Source of the DNA: a virus
Lineage: Duplodnaviria; Caudoviricetes
Strand: one strand, 5' to 3'
DNA length: 39,999 bases
IMG/VR virus record: IMGVR_UViG_3300037423_000619
Coordinates: 1-39,999 of that record
Shown here: one piece after another, positions 1-9,598 of the stretch
Position numbering within the stretch: the stretch's first letter is position 1
Layout: the number at the start of each line of letters is the position of its first letter
Notes under the pieces: model-generated
What the model was told of the DNA's origin: nothing
Databases searched by the model: none
The model's input: the letters and a program-made list of their open reading frames with translations, nothing else
Translations under genes and position numbers: made by a program

Positions 1-127
1 GTGTTGTTGACCCCGCCGATGGTCTGCTTGAGCGAGGCGATTTCGTTGCGCAGTTCGCGAATGGTGGCGTCGTTCTGGCTTTGCACCTGGTCGGGCTGCT
101 GGCCCATGATGTGCGCCGCCACTTCGC
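1..127 (+). repeat. Terminal direct repeat, copy 1 (identical to 39873-39999); circular assembly overlap
   Basis: gtgttgttgaccccgccg...gccgccacttcgc occurs at both ends; lies mid-gene. Confidence 0.95.
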
Positions 128-806
128 GCAGCGAAAAGCCCATGTTGTTCGCGATCTGGTTCAGGCCGGCGATCGGGTCCTGCCGCAGCATCATTTCGAT
201 GCCGACGTAATTGGACATCGCGGCCTGCATGGTGGTGCCGCTCTTCTTCGCCAGTTCGTCGAAGGCGCGCACGTCGTTGAAGGCCTGCGCGTCGGCACGG
301 TGCTGCTCGATGCCCTTTTCCAGTTCGCGCACGGTACGATGGATGGCGGCCTGCACGGGTGCCGGCGTCTTGCCCCATTCCTGCATCGCCGCGGCGTCGC
401 TCTTGAAGCGGGCGGGAGCTTCACCGAATTCGCCCTGTGCCAGCGGCGTCTTAGGCTGCTGCTGCGTCTGCTGCTGCTCGCCAGGCTTCGGTTGAGCGGT
501 TTGCTGCTGAGGCGGCGTCTTCGGCGGCGGCTGGTTGTCCTTCGGCGCCTGTGGCGTGTCCTTGCCCTTGAACTGACCGGTCGCCGGGTCGCGCTCCTGC
601 TCGCCGTTCAGCTTCGCCATGGCGCGCTCGATGGCGCTGCGCGGCGATGCTTCAAGCTTCGGCTTGGCCGGGGCGGTGTCCTTCCCTGCTTCCGTTCCCG
701 GCTGCTGCGTGTTCGTGTCGATCGCGGGCTGCGCGACGTCAGCAACGGGTGCAGTCGCGGGCATAGCGCCGGTATCTACCGACGCCCCAAGGGCTTCGTC
801 AGTCAT
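1..806 (-). CDS. Capsid scaffolding protein, 5' part (continues across the junction to 39536; 380 aa in total)
   Basis: ATG at 806 with GGAGA RBS; in frame with ORF 39536..39994 through the overlap; acidic/low-complexity N-terminus; directly upstream of the major capsid gene; missed by the ORF track. Confidence 0.8.
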   Translation of the reverse strand, partial: MTDEALGASVDTGAMPATAPVADVAQPAIDTNTQQPGTEAGKDTAPAKPKLEASPRSAIERAMAKLNGEQERDPATGQFKGKDTPQAPKDNQPPPKTPPQQQTAQPKPGEQQQTQQQPKTPLAQGEFGEAPARFKSDAAAMQEWGKTPAPVQAAIHRTVRELEKGIEQHRADAQAFNDVRAFDELAKKSGTTMQAAMSNYVGIEMMLRQDPIAGLNQIANNMGFSLREVAAHIMGQQPDQVQSQNDATIRELRNEIASLKQTIGGVNN

Positions 807-833
807 CAGTTTCTCCGTCTGAGGGAATGCGGG

Positions 834-1169
834 TTAGGCTTGCACAGGCTTTGGATCGAACCGGCGCCCGTTGTTGAAATCCGATGCCGCTTTGCGGATC
901 GTTTCCCTGATTTTCTTCCGGTCAGGGGTTGGCCGCTCGCGCTTGAAGCGCTGCGGATCGTCGCCGACTTCAACCACGCCGGCCTCACGATAGGTCTGCC
1001 GAAGCCTGGACTTCGACGTGTAGATTTTGCCGTCCAACATCGACTGCGTTTCGGACATGGTGTCCGAATTGATCATTGGCGCGGCCAGATGCGAGCGCTT
1101 CGGTACGCTCGTTTCAATCTTACGATAAACCTGCCGGCCGTTGCCGACGTCCACCCACGCGTAGCTCAT
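834..1169 (-). CDS. Phage hypothetical protein (head module)
   Basis: 111 aa ORF coupled to the upstream gene (TGATG), in the late-strand operon. Confidence 0.75.
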   Translation of the reverse strand: MSYAWVDVGNGRQVYRKIETSVPKRSHLAAPMINSDTMSETQSMLDGKIYTSKSRLRQTYREAGVVEVGDDPQRFKRERPTPDRKKIRETIRKAASDFNNGRRFDPKPVQA

Positions 1170-1420
1170 CAGAGGCCGCTGGTCCGCTTCAAAAGGCCGG
1201 CGACTGAGGGGTGCACGCTGGCGAGCGCGAGCTTGTTGGCGTCGAAGGCACCGGCATTGATCTGCCTGGCAATCTCCTTTGCCTGCTCGCCCGGGATGCC
1301 GACAGCGGTCAACCGCTCGGTGTTGCCATTCGACACGCCGGCATTCATCTGGCGCGCCACTTCGATAGCCACCGGGTAAGCCATTCCACCCCGGCAGAGT
1401 TCATCCGCACTGACTGGCAT
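1169..1420 (-). CDS. Hypothetical protein with internal repeat
   Basis: 83 aa; AGGAG RBS; EVARQMNAG/EIARQINAG repeat. Confidence 0.75.
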   Translation of the reverse strand: MPVSADELCRGGMAYPVAIEVARQMNAGVSNGNTERLTAVGIPGEQAKEIARQINAGAFDANKLALASVHPSVAGLLKRTSGL

Positions 1421-1447
1421 GTCACGCTCCTTTTCGTTGATGGTTTC

Positions 1448-1696
1448 TCAGCGGCCCGCCATGAAGAGCAGCAGCGCCAAGCCAGCCAGCACGAAGCCAG
1501 CATAGGCGGCGTAGATCGAAGCCTTGAAGGCGCGCTGGTCCTGGCCGACGAACTGCGAAATGCAGCCGAAATAGGCCGCCGCAAGCGCTGCATCACGCGA
1601 GAACGCACCGCCATAGACGATGACGCCGCCGAGGAAGATGACGGCGAACACACAGGCGCTCAGCACGAAGCCAAGCCACGTTATCGGGTTCATCAT
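1448..1696 (-). CDS. Small membrane protein (2-3 TM)
   Basis: 82 aa, hydrophobic segments, AGGTG RBS. Confidence 0.7.
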   Translation of the reverse strand: MMNPITWLGFVLSACVFAVIFLGGVIVYGGAFSRDAALAAAYFGCISQFVGQDQRAFKASIYAAYAGFVLAGLALLLFMAGR

Positions 1697-1706
1697 TTCA
1701 CCTGTC

Positions 1707-2105
1707 CTAAGCGGCGAGCAGCAGCACGGCGATTGTCTCGTCGTCCTGGTCCTGCTCGATCCTCTGTTGCGCCAGATCAGCGATCATGCGTCGGTAGGCG
1801 TCACGAACAGCTGGCGGCGTGTTGACCGGCAGCGGCACCGCGGCCATGGCCTGCCATGCCATCTCTTCGGCATCGAGTTCGCCGTTCGCCTTTCGGAACG
1901 CATTGCGGACCGCTTGACGGCGAGCCTCAGCATCTTCTCGAGCCGTAAGCCGGCGCCGTTCCTCGTCGCGCTCGCTTTCGGTGAAGTCCCAGACTTGCGG
2001 CTTGCCATCGTGCGTGTCGTGCAGGAACGGCTGAAGCGCACTTCCGACCGGCCCGAAGTACCGGTTGCCGAAGTACCGGGGACCGAAAAACCGATCTGCG
2101 AACAT
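1707..2105 (-). CDS. Hypothetical protein, N-terminal F-x-x-R-[FY]-F-G repeats
   Basis: MFADRFFGPRYFGNRYFGP start; coupled to the upstream gene. Confidence 0.7.
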   Translation of the reverse strand: MFADRFFGPRYFGNRYFGPVGSALQPFLHDTHDGKPQVWDFTESERDEERRRLTAREDAEARRQAVRNAFRKANGELDAEEMAWQAMAAVPLPVNTPPAVRDAYRRMIADLAQQRIEQDQDDETIAVLLLAA

Positions 2106-3226
2106 CAGCTCGGGTCCAGCGTGACCGAATACCTGTTGCCGTCCGCGTCGACCTGAGCGGAAATCCGGTCCTTCGTGTCGTTCGTGTCGCGGAACTTGAC
2201 CGTTGACGTTGCCAGGCCGTTAGCCTTGCCGAGCAAGGCCGCCGCGAAGAGCCGGAGCCCTTGGCGTACAGTCAGTCCGCTCTCCACGCCGGCCGCGCCA
2301 TCGAGCAAGGCCGCCGCGTTCGCCGCTGCGGTCGGAACGTCGCTCACGGCGGCGGGCGCGGCCGGCAGGTTGTCCGTCTTGCCCTTAACCAGCAGCACGT
2401 TGCCATTGATGGTGTTGTCGTTCGTGGCAAGCGTCGAAAACTGCGTGTCGAGATTGGCCGCAGCGAGACCGACGGCGGCGCGCATACCGGGCGCGTCCAA
2501 ATCGTTGAAGCCAGTCACGCCAGTGCCCTTGGCGAGCACGATATTCGTTCCGGCCGTCAGAACACGGGTCGCGGTCGACCAGACGGCATCGAGGGCGTTC
2601 GCCGCGAACTTCGCCGCGGTGATTGCGCCGGCCGCGAAAGTATTGGCGCCGATCGCGCCCGAGTTCCATGCGGTGCCTGCGGCCGACACGACGTTGACGC
2701 CGAGCTGCGCGCTGGCCGTGTTCACCGCTGAACCGGCGATCTGCGTGGCATTCGCCGCCACTACGCCGGCAGCGAGGCTCACCTGGCCCGTTCCGGTACC
2801 TGACGACAGCAGCACGCTCGCGCCGATGTCCCTGGCCGTCTGCACGGTGCCCTGAAGGCTTCCAACGTCAACCCTGCCGTTGGCGTCCACAAGCTGGGTG
2901 CGGCCGCTCGTAGTGTCGCGGCGGAAAAGCTCTATGACGCGCGTCACGGGCGCCATGCTGGCCTGAGTGATGTGCACCGTGTACTCTTCGGCGTCAGACG
3001 TTGACGCGACGGTCGTGTCTTCGTCGATGGTCAGGCAGTAAACGCCCGGCATGTTGGCCGCCGACAGTTCAGTGATCGTCGGCGTGGTGTAGACGGTTGC
3101 TGTGCCGCCGTTGCGGCTGCGATAGACAGTGAACGAGGTCAGACCCGTTTTGCGCGTCTTAAGGTCGGTTGCGTCTACCGCAACGAAGTAGATGTTCTGG
3201 TCGATCTTGCCGCTTGGGATCCTCAT
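2105..3226 (-). CDS. Putative virion structural protein (head fibre/appendage-like)
   Basis: 373 aa, Ala/Thr/Gly-rich, beta-sandwich-like N-terminus, between portal and scaffold. Confidence 0.6.
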   Translation of the reverse strand: MRIPSGKIDQNIYFVAVDATDLKTRKTGLTSFTVYRSRNGGTATVYTTPTITELSAANMPGVYCLTIDEDTTVASTSDAEEYTVHITQASMAPVTRVIELFRRDTTSGRTQLVDANGRVDVGSLQGTVQTARDIGASVLLSSGTGTGQVSLAAGVVAANATQIAGSAVNTASAQLGVNVVSAAGTAWNSGAIGANTFAAGAITAAKFAANALDAVWSTATRVLTAGTNIVLAKGTGVTGFNDLDAPGMRAAVGLAAANLDTQFSTLATNDNTINGNVLLVKGKTDNLPAAPAAVSDVPTAAANAAALLDGAAGVESGLTVRQGLRLFAAALLGKANGLATSTVKFRDTNDTKDRISAQVDADGNRYSVTLDPS

Positions 3227-3993
3227 AGCCAGGCCCCTCCAACCAGAGCTGCGTTGCCCGAAGATTGTGTTTGAGTTTCGGTGTGCGGCGTCTGCGCTGC
3301 CAATCCTATCGAATGCGCAAAAATGAAATTGCGCCCGTTACCGTCCGTGACGTCATAGTCGATTACCTGAGCAGTACTAAGAACCGCGTCAAAGATGCCT
3401 AACGCCCCATAAACAGACACACCGCCAGCCGCCTGATTGTGGGTAATGGACAAACTTGTATTGGCAGCAGCACGGTTGCCGCCTGTCCCGGTCGGGGTAT
3501 TGCTTGCCGCGAATCTGAGAGCAAATGCACCGATGGCCTGAGACGATGACGTGCCGTTGCTCCCGCTCAGTGTAGTTGCGGCTGCATACGTTCCAGCGCT
3601 GACAGCCAAAGAGAACAGACCGTACTTGATTGCGTTGCCCGAAGCGCTGGCTTGATGCGCCGTCATGGCGCTCCCGCCAAGCGTGCTTCCCGAAACAGCG
3701 CTGGTGCCGGTGCCAAGGCCGCAATAGGCAAGAATGGCCAGGCAGTCGTTGGGGAATGTGAAACTCCCCCAGTTCATGGTCGACCAGCTGTTAGTGGTGT
3801 TTGCGAACTGACCGATATAGTCGACGGTGATACCCTGGCCCGCTCCGATGGGCGGGTTCAGCAGCCCATCCATAAACTGGATCGGTTGATACGGGTAGAA
3901 CTGCCCGTCGAACATGCGCAAAGGCTTCAGCAGCCGCCACGGTTCGAACTGTGGAAGCCTGAACGCCTTCGGTGCGAGTGCGAGCGCCGTCAT
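3223..3993 (-). CDS. Putative virion appendage/adhesin-like protein
   Basis: 256 aa, Ser/Gly/Ala/Thr-rich beta-type C-terminus, visibly more AT-rich DNA, ATGA overlap. Confidence 0.6.
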   Translation of the reverse strand: MTALALAPKAFRLPQFEPWRLLKPLRMFDGQFYPYQPIQFMDGLLNPPIGAGQGITVDYIGQFANTTNSWSTMNWGSFTFPNDCLAILAYCGLGTGTSAVSGSTLGGSAMTAHQASASGNAIKYGLFSLAVSAGTYAAATTLSGSNGTSSSQAIGAFALRFAASNTPTGTGGNRAAANTSLSITHNQAAGGVSVYGALGIFDAVLSTAQVIDYDVTDGNGRNFIFAHSIGLAAQTPHTETQTQSSGNAALVGGAWL

Positions 3994-4274
3994 CAGCCGA
4001 GGTTCGCACCTGCTACGGCGTCGGTGACGGTCTTCAGGGCGTTGAATTCTGCCGTCAGCTTGGCAAGCTTGGCCTTCGTCGCCGCCTCGTATGGATCGGA
4101 CGTGCCAAACGCGTTGACAGCGGCAAGGACAGCCGAAAAGTCCGTCGGGATCGCCGCCAGCGACGTGGATGCGCCCGTGGCGTTCTGCTTGACCTTCAGC
4201 ATCACCTGCCGTTGGTCGTAGATGCGCTGCGCGATGGCATCCATGCCAACGTCGATTTCACTGGTTGTAGCCAT
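3993..4274 (-). CDS. Hypothetical helical protein
   Basis: 93 aa, CAGGAG RBS, coupled to neighbours. Confidence 0.75.
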   Translation of the reverse strand: MATTSEIDVGMDAIAQRIYDQRQVMLKVKQNATGASTSLAAIPTDFSAVLAAVNAFGTSDPYEAATKAKLAKLTAEFNALKTVTDAVAGANLG

Positions 4275-6591
4275 TTGCCTGTGCTCCTGTGTTCTGGGTC
4301 GGGATCGCTTCGACGCCGACAGGCTTGCCGGTGCCGTCCCTCACGATGCGCTTGGGTGCGGTCAGCGCCTGGGTGAGCGCGGCGAGCAGTGCATTCGTCT
4401 GTTGGCGGTCCTGCGCCATCTGCGCCATCATCGCGCGGTGATCGTCTAGTTCGGTATCGGGCTGAGGCGGCAGGCCCTGTGCGATCAGGGCGTTGTTCTG
4501 GTCGATGTTTGCCTGCTGCCGCTTCGCCCTCAGATCCATGGTCTTCTCGGCCATGGTCATCTGATGGTCCTGCTTGCGGAATTCGAGCTCCTGAGCGCTG
4601 GCGGCCGCTTTCTGCTCGGCCTCCTGCTGCTTGAACTGCATCTCGCGCTGCTGCGCCTCAGCGTCGGCCTGTGCGCGTGCCGCGTTCGGGTCCGGCTTCG
4701 GCTGCTTGGCGTATTCCTGCATCTGCTCAACCAGGTCATCGATCGCGCCATCAAGCGCGCGGCCGGCCCGGAAGGGCGAAGACACGAATTTCAGCATCTC
4801 GCCTACGAACGGGGCGAGTTGCGGGGCGGCCTGCACCATCGGGAAGGACTGAGCGATGAAGCCACCCACCGCGGTCGTGTATTCTGTGACACGCTGCTTG
4901 GCGGCATCCTCGTCGGGCTGGATCGTGGAATCCGTCTCGATGTCCATTATGAACGGCCGCAACCGCTGATCCCGCAACAGCGCCGCCACGGCCTCGATGG
5001 TGACGGTGTTTTGCAGGTCCTGGATTTGACCCTGAAACGCGCTCATCTGCTGCTGAGCCTGTTGCGCAAGCTGGCCGGCCTGCTCGGGGTTCTGCTGAGC
5101 CATCTGCATGGCTTGCGGATCCTGCGACGCCATCCTGACCTTGCCCTGAAGCTCGATCATCTGCTGATGGATGCCGTTGGCCTTTTCCTGCAACTGTTGA
5201 ACGGTCGGGATATCGCTCTGCGACATCGCCAACAGCGTCTCGGGCGTGAAGTTCTCCGCGATGATCTCGCCCTGAATTCGGGTGATGTCGCGGGCGATGC
5301 GCACAAGCTCGAACTGCTTGTCGCGAACGCGGATCGAACCATACTGGCTCTTGAGCTGCTGCGCGCCGAGCGTTTCGTTCGGGTTGGTCGCGCCGCGCAT
5401 CACGTCCGAAAGGCCGGTGATCTGGTAGATGTCGTCGATCAGCTGCTTGCGGATGTTGATACAGGCCTGGATGGTGGTCGCCACCACGTCGAGCGGAAGC
5501 CAGACGATGGATTCCTTCATGCCCTGGCCGCCGATCGCCGCGAAGTTCGAAACCGGGATCAGGATGGCGTTGTTGTTGCTGGTCTTGACCGCCTTTTCGA
5601 TGGCGTCGGCCAGGTCTTCCGCGCCGCCGGCATAGAAGCCTTTGAGCCGCAAAGCCTCAGACAGCGACGAGATGCGCGCCGTCAGTTCGTTCACTTCCTC
5701 GATCTGGTCCTTGTAGTAGAGGAAGTCGGGAACCGGCTGCAGGGTGTCCTTCTTCAGGGTGCCGAACGACGGACGCGGGCACGGGTAGAAGTCGTCGAGC
5801 TGCAGCATCTCTTCGGGTGAGGCCTCGTCGAGCACGTTTTCGCAGCCGGGACTCACCCACACGATGCGCTGTTCGCCTTTGTGCCACAGTTCCCAGAACT
5901 CGGCCGTCGCCGTCTGCTCGGCGTTGCCGTCAGCATCCTTCTGTTTCGCAAAGGCCGCGTCGGAATAGGCATTGCCCGAATACTTGCCGAAGCGCTTGCG
6001 GGCCTCCTTGCGGGTCAGCCACGTACAGCGGGCCACCCAGCCGACTTCAGACCAGTACCGGGCCGATGCGTCGTGCAGGAAGTCCTTGCGGTTGATGTGC
6101 GCAACGCGGGCGCGCTGCTGGCCCTTGGCGTCGATCTCATACCAGCACCAGGCTACACCGCGCGCGTTCACCACGAGGTCATCGCGGACCAGCCTCATGG
6201 TGCTGTCGATGTCTTCCCGTTCGAAATTGACGATCGAGCAGCGTTCCAGCACTTCGCAGGCTTCACGGTGCGCCGGCCGACGGTCATTGAAGCGGGTCGT
6301 CACCACCGGCACGGGCGGGCGCGAGTAGACGGACGGCTTCAGGACTTCAAGGTTTGCCCAGAACATCTGGTATTCACGGTCACGCGTCGCCTTTGCCAGG
6401 CGTTCCAGATTGGCAAGCTGAAGCTCGATGTTGTCGCATCGGTCGTTGTACGGTTTGAACACGCGCCGGGAATGGGCGATCAGCGCCAGATAGGACTTGG
6501 CCGAACGCCCGTTCTTGACCGGCGCCGCGCTGTCGTCGGCGGCCTCGCCGTCGGGCGCAGCGCCGGACGCTTCGTCGTAGGTATCAGCCAT
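4258..6591 (-). CDS. Portal protein
   Basis: ~777 aa after the terminase; ITGLSDVMRG..ETLGAQQLK podoviral portal-like motif; Gln-rich C-terminal coiled coil. Confidence 0.88.
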   Translation of the reverse strand: MADTYDEASGAAPDGEAADDSAAPVKNGRSAKSYLALIAHSRRVFKPYNDRCDNIELQLANLERLAKATRDREYQMFWANLEVLKPSVYSRPPVPVVTTRFNDRRPAHREACEVLERCSIVNFEREDIDSTMRLVRDDLVVNARGVAWCWYEIDAKGQQRARVAHINRKDFLHDASARYWSEVGWVARCTWLTRKEARKRFGKYSGNAYSDAAFAKQKDADGNAEQTATAEFWELWHKGEQRIVWVSPGCENVLDEASPEEMLQLDDFYPCPRPSFGTLKKDTLQPVPDFLYYKDQIEEVNELTARISSLSEALRLKGFYAGGAEDLADAIEKAVKTSNNNAILIPVSNFAAIGGQGMKESIVWLPLDVVATTIQACINIRKQLIDDIYQITGLSDVMRGATNPNETLGAQQLKSQYGSIRVRDKQFELVRIARDITRIQGEIIAENFTPETLLAMSQSDIPTVQQLQEKANGIHQQMIELQGKVRMASQDPQAMQMAQQNPEQAGQLAQQAQQQMSAFQGQIQDLQNTVTIEAVAALLRDQRLRPFIMDIETDSTIQPDEDAAKQRVTEYTTAVGGFIAQSFPMVQAAPQLAPFVGEMLKFVSSPFRAGRALDGAIDDLVEQMQEYAKQPKPDPNAARAQADAEAQQREMQFKQQEAEQKAAASAQELEFRKQDHQMTMAEKTMDLRAKRQQANIDQNNALIAQGLPPQPDTELDDHRAMMAQMAQDRQQTNALLAALTQALTAPKRIVRDGTGKPVGVEAIPTQNTGAQANGYNQ

Positions 6592-6781
6592 GGGCAAGTC
6601 CTAGTTGCTGCGCCAGCCAAACCGGCAGCTCGTGGCCGGTGCGCGGCTGCGGCGCGCCGTTCAGCGGCTTGAACTCGCACGCCATGATGGGCCGCCCCGA
6701 AATGACATCGTTCAGCAACTCGTAAGCCTGACCGTCTGGCCCTTCGAAGCGATGGCCGGCGCGATATAGCGGTTCTGTCAT
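6584..6781 (-). CDS. Hypothetical protein (65 aa)
   Basis: ATGA overlap with the terL stop; GAGGA RBS. Confidence 0.65.
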   Translation of the reverse strand: MTEPLYRAGHRFEGPDGQAYELLNDVISGRPIMACEFKPLNGAPQPRTGHELPVWLAQQLGLAHG

Positions 6782-8286
6782 ACGCTGATCCTCGTGCCAG
6801 TTCGTTCCTCTGGCGGGCCGGGCAGAAGCACCTGGCCGGGCTGAAGCTTCGGCTTCGGCTTCGCGGGTGGCTTGGCCGTCCATGGCCGCGACATGCAGGC
6901 GTAGCGGGTTTCGTCGGCCGCGTGGTCTTCCTGCGTCGTGTCCAGGTCTTCCGGCTTGTTCTCGTCGTGCTGAAGCGCCGGAATCGTTCGGATGGTGTGA
7001 ACGCAGGTTTCGAAGAAGAACAGCATCGGCCGTCCGTCTTCGTCGCCTGTGAGCCGGCCGCGCATCTGATCCCAGCCGCCCATCGCGCCGCGACCGGCAA
7101 CACGGGCATTGTCCGCTGGCCGGAACGTCGATCCGTTCCTGCCGGTCGTTCCCCTTGCCATGCGCTCGGCGATCGATGGTCCGCCGTCCTGACTGAACGC
7201 GGCCGGGTCGAGAACGCCGTAGCTGATGACGTCGGTTCCGTCCCTCTCACGCACGCCCGCGCCGACGGCATCGGCATGCATCTTCAGGCCGGTGTCCGGC
7301 TTGTACTGGCCATCTTTGTCCGTCTGGATCCCATACCACTCGCGGTACTTGACCAGCGCGCCGCGCGGGATCACGACGCCCGGCCCTACAATGGTGTCAT
7401 CGGAGGCGACCGCATACCAGCCGAACGAGAACGGCTTGGCGCTGCCCCAGTCCCCCGCCCTAAAGCGCGTCCAGTGCTCGGGAATGGTGAAAGGCCGGAT
7501 GACATGCCGGCGCCGGTCGAAATTGTCGAAGAATGCGCCCTCGATGACGTCCCAATCGCCATAACGCATCGCCCGCACCAGGGCTTCCGATCCCAAGCCG
7601 TGCAGACGGTTCTCATAATCGGGATCGTTGTCGTTCATCGACGGATTGTCTTCCAGCAGCGCCGGGATGAACTGCCGACGCATGCCGCCTTCCGATTTCG
7701 CGGTCTGCCTGATCTCCATCGGCCGCGCGTTGTCGACGAACGTCTGCTTGACGAACTGGTGGCCGATCCCGCCCGGATTCGCGCCGCACAGGATGCGCGG
7801 GAAACACCCCTTGTACTTCTCGGGAAGCTTGATGCCGACCATGCGCACGCGCATGCGCAGATATCGGTAGATGACTTCCGTGAAGTGTGTCAGCTCGTCG
7901 ATGAGCAAGACGTGGATTTCGGCGCCCTGGTATTTGAAACGGTGCTTCTCGTCCTTGCAGTGGCAGAGGAAGATTTTTGAGCCGTTCCAGAACCTGATTT
8001 CGTCCTCGATGATCTCCACCCAGCCACAGGCCACCCAGCCGGCGAGCAGCGCGCGAAACCCTTGCGGGCCTTCCATGTGGTTCTTGGTCAGATCGTCGCT
8101 GATGCGCCGGAACAGGTACACCTGAAGGCCCGGGATCTCCGAGCACCACATGATTGCAGCCTGCCGCATGAGGTGGCTTTTGCCGCCACCCGCCGCGCCG
8201 CCGTAGAGGATTTCCGTGGCGGTGCTGTGAAAGGCGAGCGTCTGCTTCTTGTGGAAGTGAAGATCAATCGCTGCTGAAGCTGGCAT
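6778..8286 (-). CDS. terL: Terminase large subunit
   Basis: Walker [11 protein letters not shown], Walker [10 protein letters not shown], coupling motif GANP, C-terminal nuclease with DWG and DHAADETRY. Confidence 0.95.
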   Translation of the reverse strand: MPASAAIDLHFHKKQTLAFHSTATEILYGGAAGGGKSHLMRQAAIMWCSEIPGLQVYLFRRISDDLTKNHMEGPQGFRALLAGWVACGWVEIIEDEIRFWNGSKIFLCHCKDEKHRFKYQGAEIHVLLIDELTHFTEVIYRYLRMRVRMVGIKLPEKYKGCFPRILCGANPGGIGHQFVKQTFVDNARPMEIRQTAKSEGGMRRQFIPALLEDNPSMNDNDPDYENRLHGLGSEALVRAMRYGDWDVIEGAFFDNFDRRRHVIRPFTIPEHWTRFRAGDWGSAKPFSFGWYAVASDDTIVGPGVVIPRGALVKYREWYGIQTDKDGQYKPDTGLKMHADAVGAGVRERDGTDVISYGVLDPAAFSQDGGPSIAERMARGTTGRNGSTFRPADNARVAGRGAMGGWDQMRGRLTGDEDGRPMLFFFETCVHTIRTIPALQHDENKPEDLDTTQEDHAADETRYACMSRPWTAKPPAKPKPKLQPGQVLLPGPPEERTGTRISV

Positions 8287-8722
8287 TGATCGTCGGCATC
8301 AGCGGCGAGCCGTCCTTACCGGTCAACTCGGTCTTGTCGGCCAGGCCGAGGTCGCGGGCGATGATGTTGGCGTTCAGCAGCTCGGCGGCAGCGCCTTCGA
8401 ACTTCTGCGACCGAATGATATCCTCCACTCGCGTGGTGATGGCCAGAAAGTCTTGCCGTTGCCGGTAATTGTCCCACGTGGCACGGCTGATATCGAGGAA
8501 GATGCACAGGCCCATGATCGTCATGGCGCGCATCTTCGGCAGTTCCTTGATCGTCACTTCGCCCTGGTATGCGAAGGCCTTTGCCTCATACAGCGGGTTC
8601 GCCTCCACCCAATCGAAATATTCGCAACACGCCACGAACAAATCGTCGGGGGTAGCGAAGATCGGGGCGCGCCCGTGTGAGCTGCGCGCCTCCCAGAAGC
8701 GATTTCCAACTGGTGCTGCCAT
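8264..8722 (-). CDS. terS: Terminase small subunit, P22 gp3-like
   Basis: [18 protein letters not shown]...[13 protein letters not shown]...KMRAMT...[18 protein letters not shown] closely follows P22 gp3 as recalled. Confidence 0.93.
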   Translation of the reverse strand: MAAPVGNRFWEARSSHGRAPIFATPDDLFVACCEYFDWVEANPLYEAKAFAYQGEVTIKELPKMRAMTIMGLCIFLDISRATWDNYRQRQDFLAITTRVEDIIRSQKFEGAAAELLNANIIARDLGLADKTELTGKDGSPLMPTINASFSSD

Positions 8723-8861
8723 GGTGGTCTTTCCCGGTCTGAGCGGGTGCAATAGAGCGCGGCAGGGTTGCGAGACTTGGCTTACTCGCTGTCCGGGCGG
8801 CGTGATGCCTGCCCATTCCCCTCTGCCGCGCGATCAGGCGGTTTGCGGCGCCCGCCCGATG

Positions 8862-9161
8862 TCAAAGCCGGTTATGTATGCGCTGCATGTCACCCATGAT
8901 CCGGCTGGCATGGGCGTTCACAGCTTCGGCAATGTCGTCGATCTGGCCGAAGAAGCTGGCGGCCTGGGATGCAGGCTCCTTGCCGACCGCTTCCGGCTGA
9001 CTGCCGCAAAGCTGATCGGCAGTGGCCCTCGCCATCAACCCGGCCTCGGTCAGGCGCTTGAGCGCTTCGTATAGATTTGCCATCGGTGTCGGCTTCACCT
9101 GTGAGGCGGCCTCGCCACCCAGAGGGTAATGCCGTTGGTCTGCGGATGCCTTGATGTCCAC
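8862..9161 (-). CDS. Hypothetical protein (99 aa)
   Basis: GTG start with AGGAG RBS in frame with ORF 8862..9227. Confidence 0.6.
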   Translation of the reverse strand: MDIKASADQRHYPLGGEAASQVKPTPMANLYEALKRLTEAGLMARATADQLCGSQPEAVGKEPASQAASFFGQIDDIAEAVNAHASRIMGDMQRIHNRL

Positions 9162-9319
9162 GACTTTTCTCCTGATCTGGAATTGAGATTTCCGGCGCCA
9201 CCGCTTCCCCGGTTCAGCCGACGGCACCGCCGCCCCGGCCGGGTTCTTCTTAGGATCGAGCGAGAGGCTTTCCGCGCATAGCCGGCATCAGCGCTCCAAA
9301 GTCCCGGGGCAGGGATCAG

Positions 9320-9357
9320 AAAAGCGAAAGCCGCCCGGTTGGACCCGAAGCGGCTTT
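9320..9357 (-). terminator. Intrinsic terminator (possibly bidirectional)
   Basis: aaagccgc...gcggcttt stem; TTTCGCTTTT follows on the minus strand and ttaatttt on the plus strand. Confidence 0.7.
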
Positions 9358-9364
9358 AATTTTT

Positions 9365-9416
9365 CCACGAACTTCGTGGTTTTTCTCTTGCAATTCCACG
9401 GAGACCGTGGGATAAC
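9365..9416 (+). promoter_or_regulatory. Promoter with two palindromic operators CCACG-N5-CGTGG
   Basis: CCACGAACTTCGTGG (9365-9379) and CCACGGAGACCGTGG (9396-9410), 31 bp apart, flanking TTGCAA (9388-9393). Confidence 0.7.
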
Positions 9417-9461
9417 AGCATTACCGAAGCAATTCCGCTTCGGGAGGACTAGGAGGTCCCT

Positions 9462-9530
9462 ATGAGCTTCAAGCTCACCTTCCAAGTCCGGATCGGTCGC
9501 TGGAGAGTAGCTATCTCCATAGGCCGCTAA
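9462..9530 (+). CDS. 22-aa peptide MSFKLTFQVRIGRWRVAISIGR
   Basis: Strong AGGAGG RBS at 9451-9456, ATG..TAA; below the ORF-track cutoff. Confidence 0.7.
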   Translation: MSFKLTFQVRIGRWRVAISIGR

Positions 9531-9598
9531 AACCGGAGCCGGGTGGGGGTCCAAACCTCACCCGGTCCCGGATATAGCAAACCAGCGAGGTTCTTTCA

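Noticed and set aside
1-127. 127-bp terminal repeat as a biological direct terminal repeat
   Set aside because: It falls mid-gene and its length equals a common assembler k-mer; the P22-like TerS suggests headful packaging, so it is best read as an assembly overlap
81-1379. Long plus-strand ORFs (81..1379, 4564..5820, 6922..7980, 29320..30798, 33408..34412 and similar)
   Set aside because: Antisense shadows of real minus-strand genes in high-GC DNA; no RBS or motifs
9165-9320. GC-rich intergenic stretch as a structured ncRNA or riboswitch
   Set aside because: Could fold, but I recognise no family motif and GC-rich DNA folds by chance; needs cmscan and covariation evidence
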